A stretch of 49,061 nt of DNA. It comes from a virus. The stretch's first letter is position 1. Each line of letters starts with the position of its first letter. The DNA is taken from IMG/VR virus record IMGVR_UViG_3300025540_000001; one strand, given 5' to 3'. Shown here piece by piece: positions 32,804 through 45,157 of the stretch. The notes under the pieces are model-generated. The model saw nothing but the letters and a program-made list of their open reading frames with translations, was not told the DNA's origin and ran no database searches. The position numbers and the translations under genes are program-made.

Positions 32804-35800
32804 ATGAGCGATGGGAAAGTTGTAATAGACGTAGTGCTAGACGATACAAAAGTAAAATCCGACGTCGACATTATAGAACGGCTGCTGCAGCATTTAGGCG
32901 AAAAGGCCGGCAATAACATGGACAAAAATTTTGCCAGCAATGCCAAAAAAATGGTGCAAGAAGCGGAAAAGGCCAGAAGTAATCTTGAAAAAGCATTCAA
33001 CGAAAAAATAGAACAAAAAGTCGAAGTACGAGACAATGCCACCACAAAGGCAAAAAAAGTAGAAAACGACATAAAAGACGAATTCGATAAAAAAATCGAG
33101 CAAAAAATTGATGTAAAAGACGATGCCACCAAAAAAGCGGCGCAGGTGGAGCGGAACATAAAAAATAAAGCCGACAATCCATTTAATTTTAAATTGGAAA
33201 TTGATAAAGACACCATCAGTAGCATAAAAAAAGCGTTTGATACCGTGGACAAAGAAGCCGACGAAGCCGCGCAGCATGTTTCTGTTTTCAAAGGAGCATT
33301 TGCCGGTACGTTTGCTGCGAACATTGTAACCGGGGCTCTTGAACATGCAAAAGAAGGATTTAAAAGCATGATAGAAGCCGGGATTGAATACAACGCAACG
33401 CAAGATAAAATGTTGGCAACCTGGAAAACACTGACAGGAAGCGCGACGCTTGGGAAACAAATGGTAGACATGGTAAACAAATTTCAAAGACAGACCGGCT
33501 ATGCAACGGAAACACTGGACGAAATGGAACAAAAAATTTACCACATAAAATCAAGCGCATCCGAAACAGAAACCATGACAAAGGCATTTACAACATTAGG
33601 TGATGCCATGGGCCTTTCAAACGAACGACTGCTCGGCGTAACAGAGCAATTTTCGCAAATGATGGCAACCGGAAAAGCCTACACCGGAGATTTAAACATA
33701 ATGACCAACGCATTCCCGGCATTTGGCGAAGCCCTGCAGGAAACGACTGGGAAGAGCATGGGCGAGTTGCGGAAATTGGCAAGTGAGGGCAAACTTTCGG
33801 CAAAAACAGTAGAGGATACATTAATTGAAATGTCGCACAAGTATTCAGATGCAACAGAAAATGCAAACAGTACAATCCAAGGATTGTGGAGGTCCATAGA
33901 ATCAAATTGGAGCCGATTGGCCGGGAAATTTGTACAGCCAATTTTTAATCTAAAAAAGAGCGGATTCAAGGATTTAGAAGATTGGTTGGCAAGTAGCAAA
34001 GCCGATGAATTTTTCACCAATATGGGTGAAAAAGTTGCAGCAGTCGTAAGCAAATTAACAGATATGATTGAGTTTGTGAAAGATAACAAAGACATGGTAC
34101 TGGGATTTGCGAAGGCATTTGGAATTTTGACGGCGGAAATTTGGACCATCAAAAAGGTGGCCAGCGTAGTCGAAGTGATAAACACATTAAGGGGCGGCCT
34201 GGGTAATTTACGCCGGGATTATGCGCTGACGGCATCAGCAGCAACGGCAATGGGCGACGCGGAAGTGGCGGCATCCGAAAAAGCAGCAGCAGCAGGGTCC
34301 GCAACAAGTAGAGCCGGAACTTCGCTGAATAAATTCCGAGGCGTTTTGAACATTGCAGGCGCAGGATTAATCGCATTCGGCGGCAAATGGGGCATGATTG
34401 CTGGCATAGCAGCCAACTTTATCCCGGAAATTTTAAAAGCAGGAAGCGGCATTCTAAAATTTGGCGGACAAGCGCTCGGGGCCGTAAAAAATATGCGCTT
34501 TTTAGCCGGGGCTTTTGGCGATACCGGCGCTGCGATATTTGGATTAAGCAACCCAATTGGATGGATCATAACGGCGATTGCAGCCGTAGGAACCGGCTTT
34601 TATTATGCCTATAAATATATAAAACCATTCCGTGAAAGCATGAATGACCTGGGCGACGATTTAAAGGGCAATTTTACCCACGCCATGAACAAGGTAAAAG
34701 AATTTTTTGCAAACCCATTGGATTTGAAAATCAAATGGGATTCGAGCGTCAGCAAATCGGATCAGAAAGCAATCGACAGTTATACAAAGCTAGTCGATAA
34801 AGCACAAAACAAGCTAGAGGAACTGGTTATAACAGGTAAAAAGATCGGAAAGCAAGACGTTTCCGACCTGGTAAAGCCTTATGAACAAATGGCGAAGCAG
34901 ATCACAAAGCATTTCGACGACGCAACAAAGAGCGCAAAGAAGAACCTTAAATATTTAGATGGTCTAAACAAAGATGAATATAACGACATTCTGAAAAAGA
35001 CCACAAAAGCCAACAATCAAAACAAAAAACAGGTTCAAAAGATCACAAACGAAATAAAAGACATATACGAAAATGCAGCCAAACACCACCGAAGCCTGAC
35101 GGAAGAAGAGCAGGAAAAGGTGAACAAACTGCAAAACAAAATGAACACATATGCCGCAAAAAGCGTTTCAAAATCTGCGAAAGAGCAAACAGAAATTCTG
35201 GGCAAATTGAGAGATCATGCCGGGAAACTTAGCGCACAACAAGCCGCAAAAATCGTCGCAAATGCCAAAAAGCAAGAAGAGCAAACAATCAAACACGCAA
35301 AAAATGAGTATAAAGAAGCAGTTGACCAGGCAGAAAAGAAATACAAAGGAACAAAAAATTGGGCTGACGAGCAGTATTATGTGAATGGATCGATTTCTAA
35401 AAAGGAATACGAAGACATAGTGAAAAACGCAAAGCGGCAAAAGGACCAAAGCATTCAGCACGCAAAAGACCAGCGTGACGCCGTAATCGCACACGCCAAA
35501 ACACAGCAAAGAGAAACCGTCGACGCAGCCAAGAAACAAGCGGAAGGACACAGGGACGCAGTCGATTGGGAAACTGGAAAAGTATTAAGTAAGTATGATA
35601 AATTCCGGGCCAGCTTTGCACATGTAATAAACAGCATTACCGGCTTTTTTAATAAAATTTTCGATAAAATCGGTCTTGGAAAAATCAATATTCCACAATG
35701 GAAACCGGCCGGATATGCACGTGGCACAAGCGGCACAACAAAAGACGAAATCGCATTGACCGGTGAAGAAGGATTCGAATTGGCACACAGCCCAGGAATC

Positions 35801-36928
35801 GGCATATATATCGTCGGTAAATCTGGTCCGGAATTGCGATATTTGCCAAAAGGAACTTCCATTTTGCCACACGGACCGTCCATGCAACTATTAAATAAAA
35901 TGGGCATAAAAGGATATGCAAGCGGAATCGGCGACTTTTTCACCGGATTATGGCACAAGGTAGAAAGCGGCGCAAAAACGGCGGTCGATACGATTTCAGA
36001 TCCGGCAAAATTGATTTCGTACATCAAAGACAAGGTGGGCCTGAGCGAATTCCAAAACAGCTATACAGGAGCAATAAAGGAACTAGCGACAGGGCTTCCT
36101 AATGAACTATTCAAGGGCATTAAAAACAAATTGAAAGATGCATTTATCGTAAATCCAAGCGGATCCGGGGTGCAGCGATGGAAACCGGCGGTTGTAAGAG
36201 CGCTGGCCATGAACGGGCTATCTACAAGCGCTGAAATGGTAAATAAAGTTTTAAGGCAAATCGCAACGGAATCCGGCGGAAATCCGTTGGCTGTGCAGCA
36301 TGGATATACAGACATAAACACCATTACAGGCGACCTTGCAAAAGGATTAATGCAGACGATTTCTGCAACATTTAACGCATATAAATTTCCGGGCCATTCC
36401 AACATTTTTAATGGGTTCGATAACCTACTCGCCGCATTAAACTATGCGAAGCATAGATATGGAAAAAATCTTTCTGGATTGGGCGAGGGCCACGGATATG
36501 CAGACGGAACGGAAAACTCGGTCGGCGGCCATGTATATGTAGCTGAAAAAGAGCCGGAAATCATAGAAACAAAAGATGGAAGAATTGCGATTGCAACCAG
36601 ACCTACCAGTTTCGACGACTTTATGGCCGGAAGCAAAGTGACGCCAATCTCAAAATTAAAACGATATGCATCCGGAACAGTAAGTAAAATCAATGATTTT
36701 ATCGGAAGCGTAGGCCAGCCAAACGTGATGATGCCGATTACAGCTTATACGCCAGCGACAACAAGTGGAACGGCAGCAAGCCAGCCACAAATTGAAATCA
36801 CAATCAAGCCACAAACGATATACACGCAAGTAGACGGAAGGACCATTCAAAAGACCGTGAAAACATGGAACGATTACGATACAAAGGTACGCAATTTCGC
36901 TAAAGGGCAGACAGGGGTGAACTTATAA
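32804..36928 (+). CDS. Tape measure protein with an embedded lytic transglycosylase (SLT) domain
   Basis: 1374 aa. Coiled-coil repeats, a Gly/Ala-rich hydrophobic segment, and the SLT signature [14 protein letters not shown]...[10 protein letters not shown] at about 36170-36480. Confidence 0.9.
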   Translation: MSDGKVVIDVVLDDTKVKSDVDIIERLLQHLGEKAGNNMDKNFASNAKKMVQEAEKARSNLEKAFNEKIEQKVEVRDNATTKAKKVENDIKDEFDKKIEQKIDVKDDATKKAAQVERNIKNKADNPFNFKLEIDKDTISSIKKAFDTVDKEADEAAQHVSVFKGAFAGTFAANIVTGALEHAKEGFKSMIEAGIEYNATQDKMLATWKTLTGSATLGKQMVDMVNKFQRQTGYATETLDEMEQKIYHIKSSASETETMTKAFTTLGDAMGLSNERLLGVTEQFSQMMATGKAYTGDLNIMTNAFPAFGEALQETTGKSMGELRKLASEGKLSAKTVEDTLIEMSHKYSDATENANSTIQGLWRSIESNWSRLAGKFVQPIFNLKKSGFKDLEDWLASSKADEFFTNMGEKVAAVVSKLTDMIEFVKDNKDMVLGFAKAFGILTAEIWTIKKVASVVEVINTLRGGLGNLRRDYALTASAATAMGDAEVAASEKAAAAGSATSRAGTSLNKFRGVLNIAGAGLIAFGGKWGMIAGIAANFIPEILKAGSGILKFGGQALGAVKNMRFLAGAFGDTGAAIFGLSNPIGWIITAIAAVGTGFYYAYKYIKPFRESMNDLGDDLKGNFTHAMNKVKEFFANPLDLKIKWDSSVSKSDQKAIDSYTKLVDKAQNKLEELVITGKKIGKQDVSDLVKPYEQMAKQITKHFDDATKSAKKNLKYLDGLNKDEYNDILKKTTKANNQNKKQVQKITNEIKDIYENAAKHHRSLTEEEQEKVNKLQNKMNTYAAKSVSKSAKEQTEILGKLRDHAGKLSAQQAAKIVANAKKQEEQTIKHAKNEYKEAVDQAEKKYKGTKNWADEQYYVNGSISKKEYEDIVKNAKRQKDQSIQHAKDQRDAVIAHAKTQQRETVDAAKKQAEGHRDAVDWETGKVLSKYDKFRASFAHVINSITGFFNKIFDKIGLGKINIPQWKPAGYARGTSGTTKDEIALTGEEGFELAHSPGIGIYIVGKSGPELRYLPKGTSILPHGPSMQLLNKMGIKGYASGIGDFFTGLWHKVESGAKTAVDTISDPAKLISYIKDKVGLSEFQNSYTGAIKELATGLPNELFKGIKNKLKDAFIVNPSGSGVQRWKPAVVRALAMNGLSTSAEMVNKVLRQIATESGGNPLAVQHGYTDINTITGDLAKGLMQTISATFNAYKFPGHSNIFNGFDNLLAALNYAKHRYGKNLSGLGEGHGYADGTENSVGGHVYVAEKEPEIIETKDGRIAIATRPTSFDDFMAGSKVTPISKLKRYASGTVSKINDFIGSVGQPNVMMPITAYTPATTSGTAASQPQIEITIKPQTIYTQVDGRTIQKTVKTWNDYDTKVRNFAKGQTGVNL

Positions 36929-36929
36929 A

Positions 36930-38594
36930 ATGACAGCAACCGTACCGGAAAATGAATTCGGATTCCACTATGCCGGGGTCCATTCACGCGAATTCAATAT
37001 CCGAGTAATTGAAATCCACCGGAATGCAACTGGAACCATGACAGAGGAAACACAGGACATACCCGGCATGAGAGGTGATTTGTATCTCGGAGTAGACGAA
37101 AGAAGCAAGCCGATCCCAGTGGACATAGAAATTGTAGCCGATTCCCATGAGCAGCGGAACGAACTGGTCCACCAAATCGCGGAATGGCTAAAACCGGTGG
37201 AAGATAATGAATTTGAATTAATATTTGATGATGAACAGGATTTTGTATATTACGCCCACGTTTCCAACATAGCAGAGATTACGCGCAGCCTATACAAAGG
37301 GCGTACAACGATAACATTCACTTGCTCGGATCCAAAAGCATATGGCGAATATATCAGCCAGGAAATAACCGAAAACCCAGCAACAATCATGCCGGATGGC
37401 ATAGACGAATGCTATCCGATTTTTACATGCATTCCGCAAAAAGACGAAAGCATAATCGCAGTAAGCGACGAAGAAGGAAACTATGTATATATAGGTGAGG
37501 ACGTAGACCCGGACACTGGTGCAGCACCGATTGACAAAGAACCGCGAATTTTACACGACAACTGCAATACGCTTGCCAATTGGGATAATATCACCAGTAG
37601 TAATATTACATTTGAGCTGGAAAATGGTGTCGTCAGCGGATCCGCAACATCAACAGCAAACACGCTCCGAGTAAACAGTTTCGGCAGCCATGTTAGCGGT
37701 AAATGGCATGGCCCAGTTTTACAACAAATGCTAACGGAAAGCTGCCCGGATTATCGTATAAAAGTACGGATGTTAAATAACCAATATTATGCCAGGGCGC
37801 ATGGAAAAATCGAAGTATATCTCTTGGATGCAAACGCGGCCCGAATTGGGAAATTAATGTTAAAAGATAACAGCAACAGCAAAACCGTATATGCCCAGGT
37901 GGAAATTGGATCACATACCACACACCACGAAATCTATTACGGAGAAGGAACGGTCAAAAAAGGAAAAAAGGACACCAAAACGATAAAAACCAAAAACGGC
38001 ACATATAAAACAAAAGTAAACGGCAAAACAAAGACCGTACAAAAATGGAAAACTATTAAATTAGACGAAGACCTGACGACTGACACTTTTACAAATTTTT
38101 TCGGATCCATTCAATTGCAGAAAATCGGTAACAAATACAGCATCGAAATTATGAAGCTAGACATTGACACGATAAAACCATTGTGGTCAAAGCCTATTAC
38201 AGCAACATGGACAGATACAAACGGCACATACAACAAAGCACTGGCCGGAGTTGCCGTATATATGGCGAAGTATGACATCACAGAAGATACGACCGACCCG
38301 GTTACAAGCTATAAAAATAATGATTTGGCATTAACCGATTTGCAAGTTTGGAACATAATTGATGGCGGAAACAGCGGCAGCACCGAACCGACGGTGATTG
38401 TACGTGCCGGTGATGAAATCAAAATAAATTGTGAAGATCACACCGTTTATAAAAACGGTGATATTTTTATGGAAAATGTATACATTGGAAGTAATTTCCT
38501 GACGATGCAGGGTGGAATTATGAAAACATTCGCATTCAGCCCGGACATAAGAGACGCCGAATGGTACATGGAGTACAGACCGACAAAGCCATAA
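36930..38594 (+). CDS. Distal tail protein (Dit), extended form
   Basis: 554 aa, directly after the tape measure gene. N-terminal FHYAGVHSREFNIRV is typical of siphovirus tail-component proteins. Confidence 0.7.
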   Translation: MTATVPENEFGFHYAGVHSREFNIRVIEIHRNATGTMTEETQDIPGMRGDLYLGVDERSKPIPVDIEIVADSHEQRNELVHQIAEWLKPVEDNEFELIFDDEQDFVYYAHVSNIAEITRSLYKGRTTITFTCSDPKAYGEYISQEITENPATIMPDGIDECYPIFTCIPQKDESIIAVSDEEGNYVYIGEDVDPDTGAAPIDKEPRILHDNCNTLANWDNITSSNITFELENGVVSGSATSTANTLRVNSFGSHVSGKWHGPVLQQMLTESCPDYRIKVRMLNNQYYARAHGKIEVYLLDANAARIGKLMLKDNSNSKTVYAQVEIGSHTTHHEIYYGEGTVKKGKKDTKTIKTKNGTYKTKVNGKTKTVQKWKTIKLDEDLTTDTFTNFFGSIQLQKIGNKYSIEIMKLDIDTIKPLWSKPITATWTDTNGTYNKALAGVAVYMAKYDITEDTTDPVTSYKNNDLALTDLQVWNIIDGGNSGSTEPTVIVRAGDEIKINCEDHTVYKNGDIFMENVYIGSNFLTMQGGIMKTFAFSPDIRDAEWYMEYRPTKP

Positions 38595-38617
38595 AAACAG
38601 GGGGTGAATATTAGAAA

Positions 38618-41600
38618 ATGTATACTATTTTAGATCCAGATTTGAAGGTATGCGGATTTCTAAGCCTTGACGGATCCCAAGGCTGCAAATTTTATGATGA
38701 TTTAAGAACAACCATGATTGCAGACGATCAAGGCAAAGTTTGGAACGATACCCTACAAATTTCCGTACCATATGGGCATCGAGAAACGGAATTAATGAAA
38801 AACGGCTATCATTTGGCAGTACAGGGCGATGATGGCCGTTTTTATTGCTATCGTATCTATAATTACACCGATTCAGCGGTCGGACCGGTACACGTAAAAA
38901 GCGTACAGGCCATAAATTTGTGTATTTGGGATCTAAACCATATAACCCTATCAGATAAAACATTCACGAATATTAAAAGTACAGATGCATTTAATTTCGT
39001 ATTGCGCGGAAGCGGCTGGCAAATAGGTACAGAAAATTTCGTTGGTACAGCCGACTCGCTAGAATTTACAGCAGACCAAAAAGCACAAGCCGGATTGGAT
39101 AATTGTATAAATGAATATGGCGTCGAGGTAAGGGCATATGTGGAAATATACGCCGGTCAAGTAGTAAACAAAAAGATTGATATTTTACAGGAATTAGGGG
39201 TTTCTCAGGGCCGTAGATTGGAATATAGCCGTGACCTGCAAGGCATAACCAGAACCGGTGACGATTCCGAATTTTACACGCTTTTGCATGTATATGGGCC
39301 GGAAGACAGTGACGGAAATAAAATCACAATTTCGAGCATAAACGGCGGAAAAGACTATGTGGTGGACGACGACGCAAACGATGTATATAACCACGGCGGA
39401 CCATATTTAGAAGGCTATGTCGCAAGTGACAACATAAAGCAAAAACAAGCCCTTCTGGATTGGGGAAAAGAGCAGCTGCAGAAATACAATCATCCAAAAT
39501 TCACATATACGGTGGATGTCGCCTATTTGGGATATTTACCGGGATTAGGCGACCACATAGAAGTGGTAGATTTTTCAATGCAACCGGAACTGACGATCGC
39601 GGCACGAGTTTTGCAACGCGATATTTCAGAAGCAAATCCACAAAATACGAAAGTAACAATCGGTGAATTTGTGGAAGTCGTTGCCGTCACACCGGCGGAC
39701 ATCTGGGAGCTACAAGCAAAGGCAAGCCAAGCCCAGCAGGCCGCCGAAAAGGCTTTGCAATACAAAGTCGAAGCCTTTACGCCGGACGGTCTTGATTTTG
39801 CGACAAACACCGAACAAAAGCGCGTTATCATCCGGGTTTACGAAGGCACGGAAAATGTGACATACAGCCTCGACAAAGCGGCATTTGTTTGGCAAAAAAT
39901 AAACGCGGATGGCACGCACGATACAGATTGGGAAGCCGCACATGTCGGAATAGGGAACATCATTACCGTCGGAATAGAAGTGGCAGGCTCAACTATCAGG
40001 TGCAGCATCGGGGACGCCACAAGCGCGCCCGTCCTGTTTGCAGAGGAATCTGATGCAGCCTATTTTGCAACGTTACCGATGGACAATCCTAGCGATGATG
40101 TAAATACACATGTTGCCCAATATGCTCAAGTAGATGCTAAGAATGGCTATATTTATTGGTCGCAGGAGTATTTCGGTAGCAAAAAGTCATCTAATGGAGG
40201 TTGGCAATCATTCAGCATTACAAGAACCACGTTAGATGGGGAGTTCGTTGACCAAATGTGGGTGATCGGCGGCGGGCACGGATCCAACTTTGGGATTGAG
40301 CACAGCGGATCCGATGTTTACATATGGTCGGCCATGATTAACACCAGCAAATCCACGCTAAACGGCACGACATATTGGGGCGTCGCCCGGTTTAAATACA
40401 CGCCGGGGGCAATCGTAAAATACGGCGCATCCGGGGTAAGTTTTTATTCGTTCGGCAGCACGACCTACTACCGGGTTAACTTTGATGAGAAAAACAACTA
40501 CGTCCACCTGTCTAAAGGAGAAGCGACTTTTTACGTCTGCAAAACAACGGACATTAAAAACGGCGTTTTCAAACCTTTGTACACCATGGACGCAAGCGAG
40601 GCAGGATTTAACGGTTCCGACCAAACGTTTCAATCGTCATGTTTGGATTTTCCGTACGTCTATTTTTGCGCTGGCGACATGGACGGGCACGACCAGCGCG
40701 TTATGTATTGCGCAGACATCCGGAGCCGGAGCCTTGTTTACAAAATTGTTTACACGTTTGATAAGGGCACGGTTAACCAGATTGGCGCCTACAACGAGCC
40801 GGAAGCTATAAGCGTTTATTACGACACAGACGGCACAAAATGGCTGGTACAAGGATTTTCGTGGGGCAACGAGGACGCCGAGGACAGCCAACGAACAAAC
40901 CAGCTGTTCCGCATAAGAGAGACGCAAAACAACAGCGCAGGTACAGACAGCGGATCCATTGTTGCGACAAGCCCTGATGTGGTGTTTACCAACGCTACAC
41001 AAGTTGCAACCGATGCACAGGGCACAGCTACGCAGGCAGCGGCCACAGCTGCAGGAGCTGCAGAAACCGCAGGACAAGCACAGCAAACTGCCACACAAGC
41101 TGCAGATGCAGCCGGGCAAGCCCAAGCAACGGCACAGACTGCATCCCAGACGGCCACGCAGGCGGCGGCTACAGCTGCAGATGCAGCACAAGCAGCACAG
41201 ACAGCAATTACGACCGCCAACGGCAAAAACAAAGCATATTATGGTGCAACAACGCCAACCAGTCCACAATCCGGTGATATTTGGTTTGTCACCGATGCAA
41301 ACGGTGAAGTAACGGCTATCCGGCATTGGGACGACACGCAATGGGTAGACGACGTGGATAATGTCGCCGTCCAAGAAGCAATTGATGAAGCCAATCAAGC
41401 GGCGGCCAATGCGCAACAAGTAGGCGAACAGGCGCAACAAACGGCCGAACAAGCCGCCCAAACTGGGGAACAAGCTCAACAAACGGCGGAAGCGGCGCAA
41501 AATGCCGCAAATCAAGCTCAACAGGATGCAAATGTTGCTAAAACCCAAGCTCAAAGCGCTGTTGATACTGCAAATCAAGCGACACAAAGTGCGAACAACG

Positions 41601-43768
41601 CGAGTCAAACAGCGTCCGATGCGGCGACACAAGCCAGTAGCGCGTTGACACAAGCACAGAGTGCGATGGCAGAAGCGCAGAAAAAGGCGGATGCATCCAG
41701 CGTTTATACAAAAACAGAGATTGATGATGCGCTCGAGGGTTACGCTACCACGACCACGGTCAACACGCTTACGGGGCGTGTAGACAGCGCAGAAACGGCT
41801 ATTCAGCAAAACACCGATGCAATACAGCTTAAAGCCGATAAATCGACCGTTGACACGCTCACGGGTAGGATTAGCACGGCAGAAGCAACTTTGACCGCGC
41901 AGGCTGACCAAATTGCAGCGCGAATCACTGAAGCAGATGCAGATGCTAAGTACGCCACGCAGACGGCACTAACGGCTACTGCAAATAGTTTGACGAGCAA
42001 TATTTCAGCTGTACAAACAAATCTCGATAACTTGAAAATCGGTGGTAGAAACTATTTAAGGGGAACGGGAACGCCTAAATCCATTACTGCAACTAATGTA
42101 AATAACCAAACGTTCACACCTTACTATTTTGTAGGTAATTCTTCAGCCCCTATAATGGATAAAACTATAACTGTTTCTTTTGACTGGGAAGTCACTGGCG
42201 TCGACTCGCCTTCTGGTGTATTCAGGGTTCAGGGGAGCAATCCTTGGCCGACCATTACTGATAATGTAACTTTATCATCAACAAATAAAAAAGGACATGT
42301 TTCACAGACTAGAACAATAACAGGTGACCCTTTCAGCGGAGTAAACTTTAGACTTGATAATGTAACTGCAGGGGCAGTTTTAACTATATCAAACATGATG
42401 ATTGAACTTGGTAATAAAGAAAGCGACTGGACACCAGCCCCCGAGGACATGGCGACTCAATCCCAAATCAGCCAGCTGTCGGATGATATTAATTTACGCG
42501 TACAAAAAAACGATGTGATCAATCAAATTAATCTCAGTACCGAGTCTATTTTAATCGGTGGAAATAAAGTTCACATCACGGGACAGACCACCATTGACAA
42601 TGCGGTTATAAAAGATGCAATGATCGATAGCATGACAGCCGACAAGCTTACGGCGGGCACGATTGACGCAAATGTGATTACGGTTAAAAACATAAACGCC
42701 AGCAATATTGTGACGGGAACGCTAGATGCAAGCAAAGCCACCGTTACAAACATCGACGCGTCTAATATCACCACAGGCACGCTAAACGCCGAACGTATTG
42801 CCGCCGGCTCCATAGATGCAAGCAAGCTGAACGTTATGTCCTTATCTGCACTTTCGGCAAATCTTGGAAGCGTAACAGCTGGAAATATTTCCGGTGTGAA
42901 CATAAACATTGGAAATGGGAACTTTACAGTAGATACATCCGGAAACCTTGTTGCAAAATCCGCAAATATTACAGGAACGATCACTGGTTCGACTATAAAC
43001 GGTAGTGAATTTAATTCTTCAGGTGAAAATGGAGAAATCCATATTTACGATGAATTTATTGAGAGCTTCGAACAAATATCTGACATAGAAACAAGCTTAG
43101 CCATTATCAGCAGTGGAAATTTTTCACAAACATATCGAGTAAGCTCATCAATATATAAAGAATCCTCGCTTGCTCCAGGTAGCTTGATGATATATGACAT
43201 CAATAGTAGCGAGACAGATATTACCGGCGGGGAAATTACAACGGCACAAATCAATATCACATCGGGATTTACGGCATCAAATGGAGGTGGAAGTATTATT
43301 TTAAAAAACGGCGATATTGTTGGAATAAACGCCATTTATTTAAACGATGCTGCCAATGTCGATAGTGAAGGATTGATATTTCCGTGGTCAACATCAACTA
43401 ATGTATTAGATGTTACACAAGCCGATTGTTTGCGTGCATATAACGGTAGATTATTATTAAACGGAGATGTAGTCCATACTGAAAAAAGCATGATGATTGC
43501 TTGCGGAACTGTTGCTATTACGCCAAGTTCTAGCAATACTCCGACTTATAAGACAATAAGTTTTGGGAAAACATTCCCCATTGTTCCAACCGTTGTGGTC
43601 ACACCTAATTCAACGGTACCAGGAACAACCGTAACGGGTTGGGCTGTAACAGATGTAACGACAACAGGATGTAAAATATGGGTTACTCGTACAAATACAA
43701 CCAATACATGGTTAAGTTGGGTTGCTGTAGCTGATAATACAAATTGGACAGCAACGGCAGTAGGCTAA
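38618..43768 (+). CDS. Tail-associated protein / Tal with receptor-binding fibre region
   Basis: 1716 aa after Dit. N-terminal prophage-tail-type domain. A/Q/T-rich coiled region (about 40960-41950). Repeated TGTLDASKATVTNIDASNITTGTLNAERIAAGSIDASKL units. Confidence 0.8.
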   Translation: MYTILDPDLKVCGFLSLDGSQGCKFYDDLRTTMIADDQGKVWNDTLQISVPYGHRETELMKNGYHLAVQGDDGRFYCYRIYNYTDSAVGPVHVKSVQAINLCIWDLNHITLSDKTFTNIKSTDAFNFVLRGSGWQIGTENFVGTADSLEFTADQKAQAGLDNCINEYGVEVRAYVEIYAGQVVNKKIDILQELGVSQGRRLEYSRDLQGITRTGDDSEFYTLLHVYGPEDSDGNKITISSINGGKDYVVDDDANDVYNHGGPYLEGYVASDNIKQKQALLDWGKEQLQKYNHPKFTYTVDVAYLGYLPGLGDHIEVVDFSMQPELTIAARVLQRDISEANPQNTKVTIGEFVEVVAVTPADIWELQAKASQAQQAAEKALQYKVEAFTPDGLDFATNTEQKRVIIRVYEGTENVTYSLDKAAFVWQKINADGTHDTDWEAAHVGIGNIITVGIEVAGSTIRCSIGDATSAPVLFAEESDAAYFATLPMDNPSDDVNTHVAQYAQVDAKNGYIYWSQEYFGSKKSSNGGWQSFSITRTTLDGEFVDQMWVIGGGHGSNFGIEHSGSDVYIWSAMINTSKSTLNGTTYWGVARFKYTPGAIVKYGASGVSFYSFGSTTYYRVNFDEKNNYVHLSKGEATFYVCKTTDIKNGVFKPLYTMDASEAGFNGSDQTFQSSCLDFPYVYFCAGDMDGHDQRVMYCADIRSRSLVYKIVYTFDKGTVNQIGAYNEPEAISVYYDTDGTKWLVQGFSWGNEDAEDSQRTNQLFRIRETQNNSAGTDSGSIVATSPDVVFTNATQVATDAQGTATQAAATAAGAAETAGQAQQTATQAADAAGQAQATAQTASQTATQAAATAADAAQAAQTAITTANGKNKAYYGATTPTSPQSGDIWFVTDANGEVTAIRHWDDTQWVDDVDNVAVQEAIDEANQAAANAQQVGEQAQQTAEQAAQTGEQAQQTAEAAQNAANQAQQDANVAKTQAQSAVDTANQATQSANNASQTASDAATQASSALTQAQSAMAEAQKKADASSVYTKTEIDDALEGYATTTTVNTLTGRVDSAETAIQQNTDAIQLKADKSTVDTLTGRISTAEATLTAQADQIAARITEADADAKYATQTALTATANSLTSNISAVQTNLDNLKIGGRNYLRGTGTPKSITATNVNNQTFTPYYFVGNSSAPIMDKTITVSFDWEVTGVDSPSGVFRVQGSNPWPTITDNVTLSSTNKKGHVSQTRTITGDPFSGVNFRLDNVTAGAVLTISNMMIELGNKESDWTPAPEDMATQSQISQLSDDINLRVQKNDVINQINLSTESILIGGNKVHITGQTTIDNAVIKDAMIDSMTADKLTAGTIDANVITVKNINASNIVTGTLDASKATVTNIDASNITTGTLNAERIAAGSIDASKLNVMSLSALSANLGSVTAGNISGVNINIGNGNFTVDTSGNLVAKSANITGTITGSTINGSEFNSSGENGEIHIYDEFIESFEQISDIETSLAIISSGNFSQTYRVSSSIYKESSLAPGSLMIYDINSSETDITGGEITTAQINITSGFTASNGGGSIILKNGDIVGINAIYLNDAANVDSEGLIFPWSTSTNVLDVTQADCLRAYNGRLLLNGDVVHTEKSMMIACGTVAITPSSSNTPTYKTISFGKTFPIVPTVVVTPNSTVPGTTVTGWAVTDVTTTGCKIWVTRTNTTNTWLSWVAVADNTNWTATAVG

Positions 43769-43785
43769 AAGAAGGATGGTTATAA

Positions 43786-44082
43786 ATGGATGTAGATAAT
43801 TTTTTAGAACAGTTAAAAGAAAAATTAAAAAATGAAAATATCGTGAAAAATGTAGAGGACTTGTCTCTTGACAAGTTTTCTACATTTGAAACTGACGGAA
43901 ATGGTGAAAAAGTTGAGGTATCTACACAAAGTAGCTCATATTGGACTTATTTAATACCGATCATTGAAGCACAACAACAATTGTTAGAATCGTATATCTC
44001 TCAATGTGAAAATTTAGTTTTAAAAGTCGCAGATTTAGAAATGCAAATCGCAGATATAAAACAAAAAATGGAGGCTGCATAG
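43786..44082 (+). CDS. Hypothetical protein
   Basis: 98 aa, co-directional, between the tail and lysis genes. Confidence 0.55.
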   Translation: MDVDNFLEQLKEKLKNENIVKNVEDLSLDKFSTFETDGNGEKVEVSTQSSSYWTYLIPIIEAQQQLLESYISQCENLVLKVADLEMQIADIKQKMEAA

Positions 44083-44083
44083 C

Positions 44084-44506
44084 ATGCAAGTAAAAATTGA
44101 AAATCAAAAATTAGCTCAATCTATTAATCTTTTATACAATCTATCTCTTAAAGGAAAACAATCTCGCCATCGCTCAAAATTTATTAAAGCTTTGCAAGAA
44201 CGACTACAGGAGTTTGCAGCAGATGAAAAAGAATTGTTGAAGGAGCACTGTAATTTAGATGAGAACGGCAACCCAAAAACAATTGAGAATGGTACGAAGT
44301 GGGATGTTAAAGACTTAGATGCTTTTGTTAAGGAAAAGAAAGAGTTATATGAGGAAGAGCGAGTTTTTGAAGGAGGCGATGCTCAGGAAATGCTCAAAAC
44401 CGTTAAGGAGGTGTTGCTTAATTGCGATAAAGAATTTACCGGCGCAGAGGCTGAAATTTACGATTACTTGTGTGATCAGTTCGAAAAAGGAGCGGATGAA
44501 AAATGA
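44084..44506 (+). CDS. Hypothetical protein
   Basis: 140 aa, tight spacing. Confidence 0.55.
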   Translation: MQVKIENQKLAQSINLLYNLSLKGKQSRHRSKFIKALQERLQEFAADEKELLKEHCNLDENGNPKTIENGTKWDVKDLDAFVKEKKELYEEERVFEGGDAQEMLKTVKEVLLNCDKEFTGAEAEIYDYLCDQFEKGADEK

Positions 44507-44778
44507 GTGTTAAAATCCAGTTTACGAATATTAATCTTGCAAAAGACAATGAGGGCAATATTACCGGCGCTACTGTCCCGGTAACAGTTACATCAGAAAT
44601 CGGTGGGCAATATTTTTCTACGTCCGGCACATACACGCTAAAGCTGGACGAGCTGACCAGTACCGGGTTTGACGCAACAAAATTTGAAAAACTATTGTCC
44701 CAAAAAACGGCGGAAAATCTGTCTGCTATGGTAAATGACCTAAACACAGATAACGCAACAGAACAAACGACATCGTAA
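44503..44778 (+). CDS. Hypothetical protein
   Basis: 91 aa, ATGA overlap. Confidence 0.55.
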   Translation: MSVKIQFTNINLAKDNEGNITGATVPVTVTSEIGGQYFSTSGTYTLKLDELTSTGFDATKFEKLLSQKTAENLSAMVNDLNTDNATEQTTS

Positions 44779-44815
44779 TGAGTTAGGGGGTGTGGATCCG
44801 TTGGAAGGATTGACC

Positions 44816-45133
44816 ATGGATGAAAGAATCGAAAATCATGAAACGCGGATTACCGCCTTAGAAAAAAATTACGCGGACTTGACCAACAAAATGCAGGCGG
44901 TAGAAACAGGTCAGCTGCGGATTGAAAAAACGTTGCTTGAAGAAGGAAAAGAACAGAAGAAGTTGATTAACGAGCAGCGAGAAGAACAGCAGGAGCTTTT
45001 AAATAGGCTGCTGGAGCACACACTGAACATAAAGCGAAATAACAGCTATAAAAAATGGGATTTAGCCCTTGCCCTATTTGGCGGTGGGGGCTTAATTTAT
45101 GCCTTAATAAGCTTAGTTGAAAGATTTTTTTAA
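44816..45133 (+). CDS. XhlA-like protein (coiled coil plus a C-terminal transmembrane segment)
   Basis: ATG at 44816 with RBS GGAAGGA. N-terminal coiled coil. C-terminal WDLALALFGGGGLIYALISLV. Directly upstream of the endolysin gene. Confidence 0.6.
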   Translation: MDERIENHETRITALEKNYADLTNKMQAVETGQLRIEKTLLEEGKEQKKLINEQREEQQELLNRLLEHTLNIKRNNSYKKWDLALALFGGGGLIYALISLVERFF

Positions 45134-45157
45134 CCATAAAGGGAAGGAGTGAACGCT

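Noticed and set aside
32686-33544. 264-aa and 216-aa minus-strand ORFs at the 5' end of the tape measure gene
   Set aside because: They are antisense to the tape measure gene in an AAA/GAA-rich region. The translation is low complexity (F/S/L-rich). It is an artefact of codon bias.
40637-41911. 424-aa minus-strand ORF (plus 40819-41232 and other antisense ORFs) inside the Tal gene
   Set aside because: It is entirely antisense to a long, well-supported tail gene. It has Cys/Arg/Leu-rich low-complexity composition produced by the GCN/CAR repeat bias, with no RBS or promoter.
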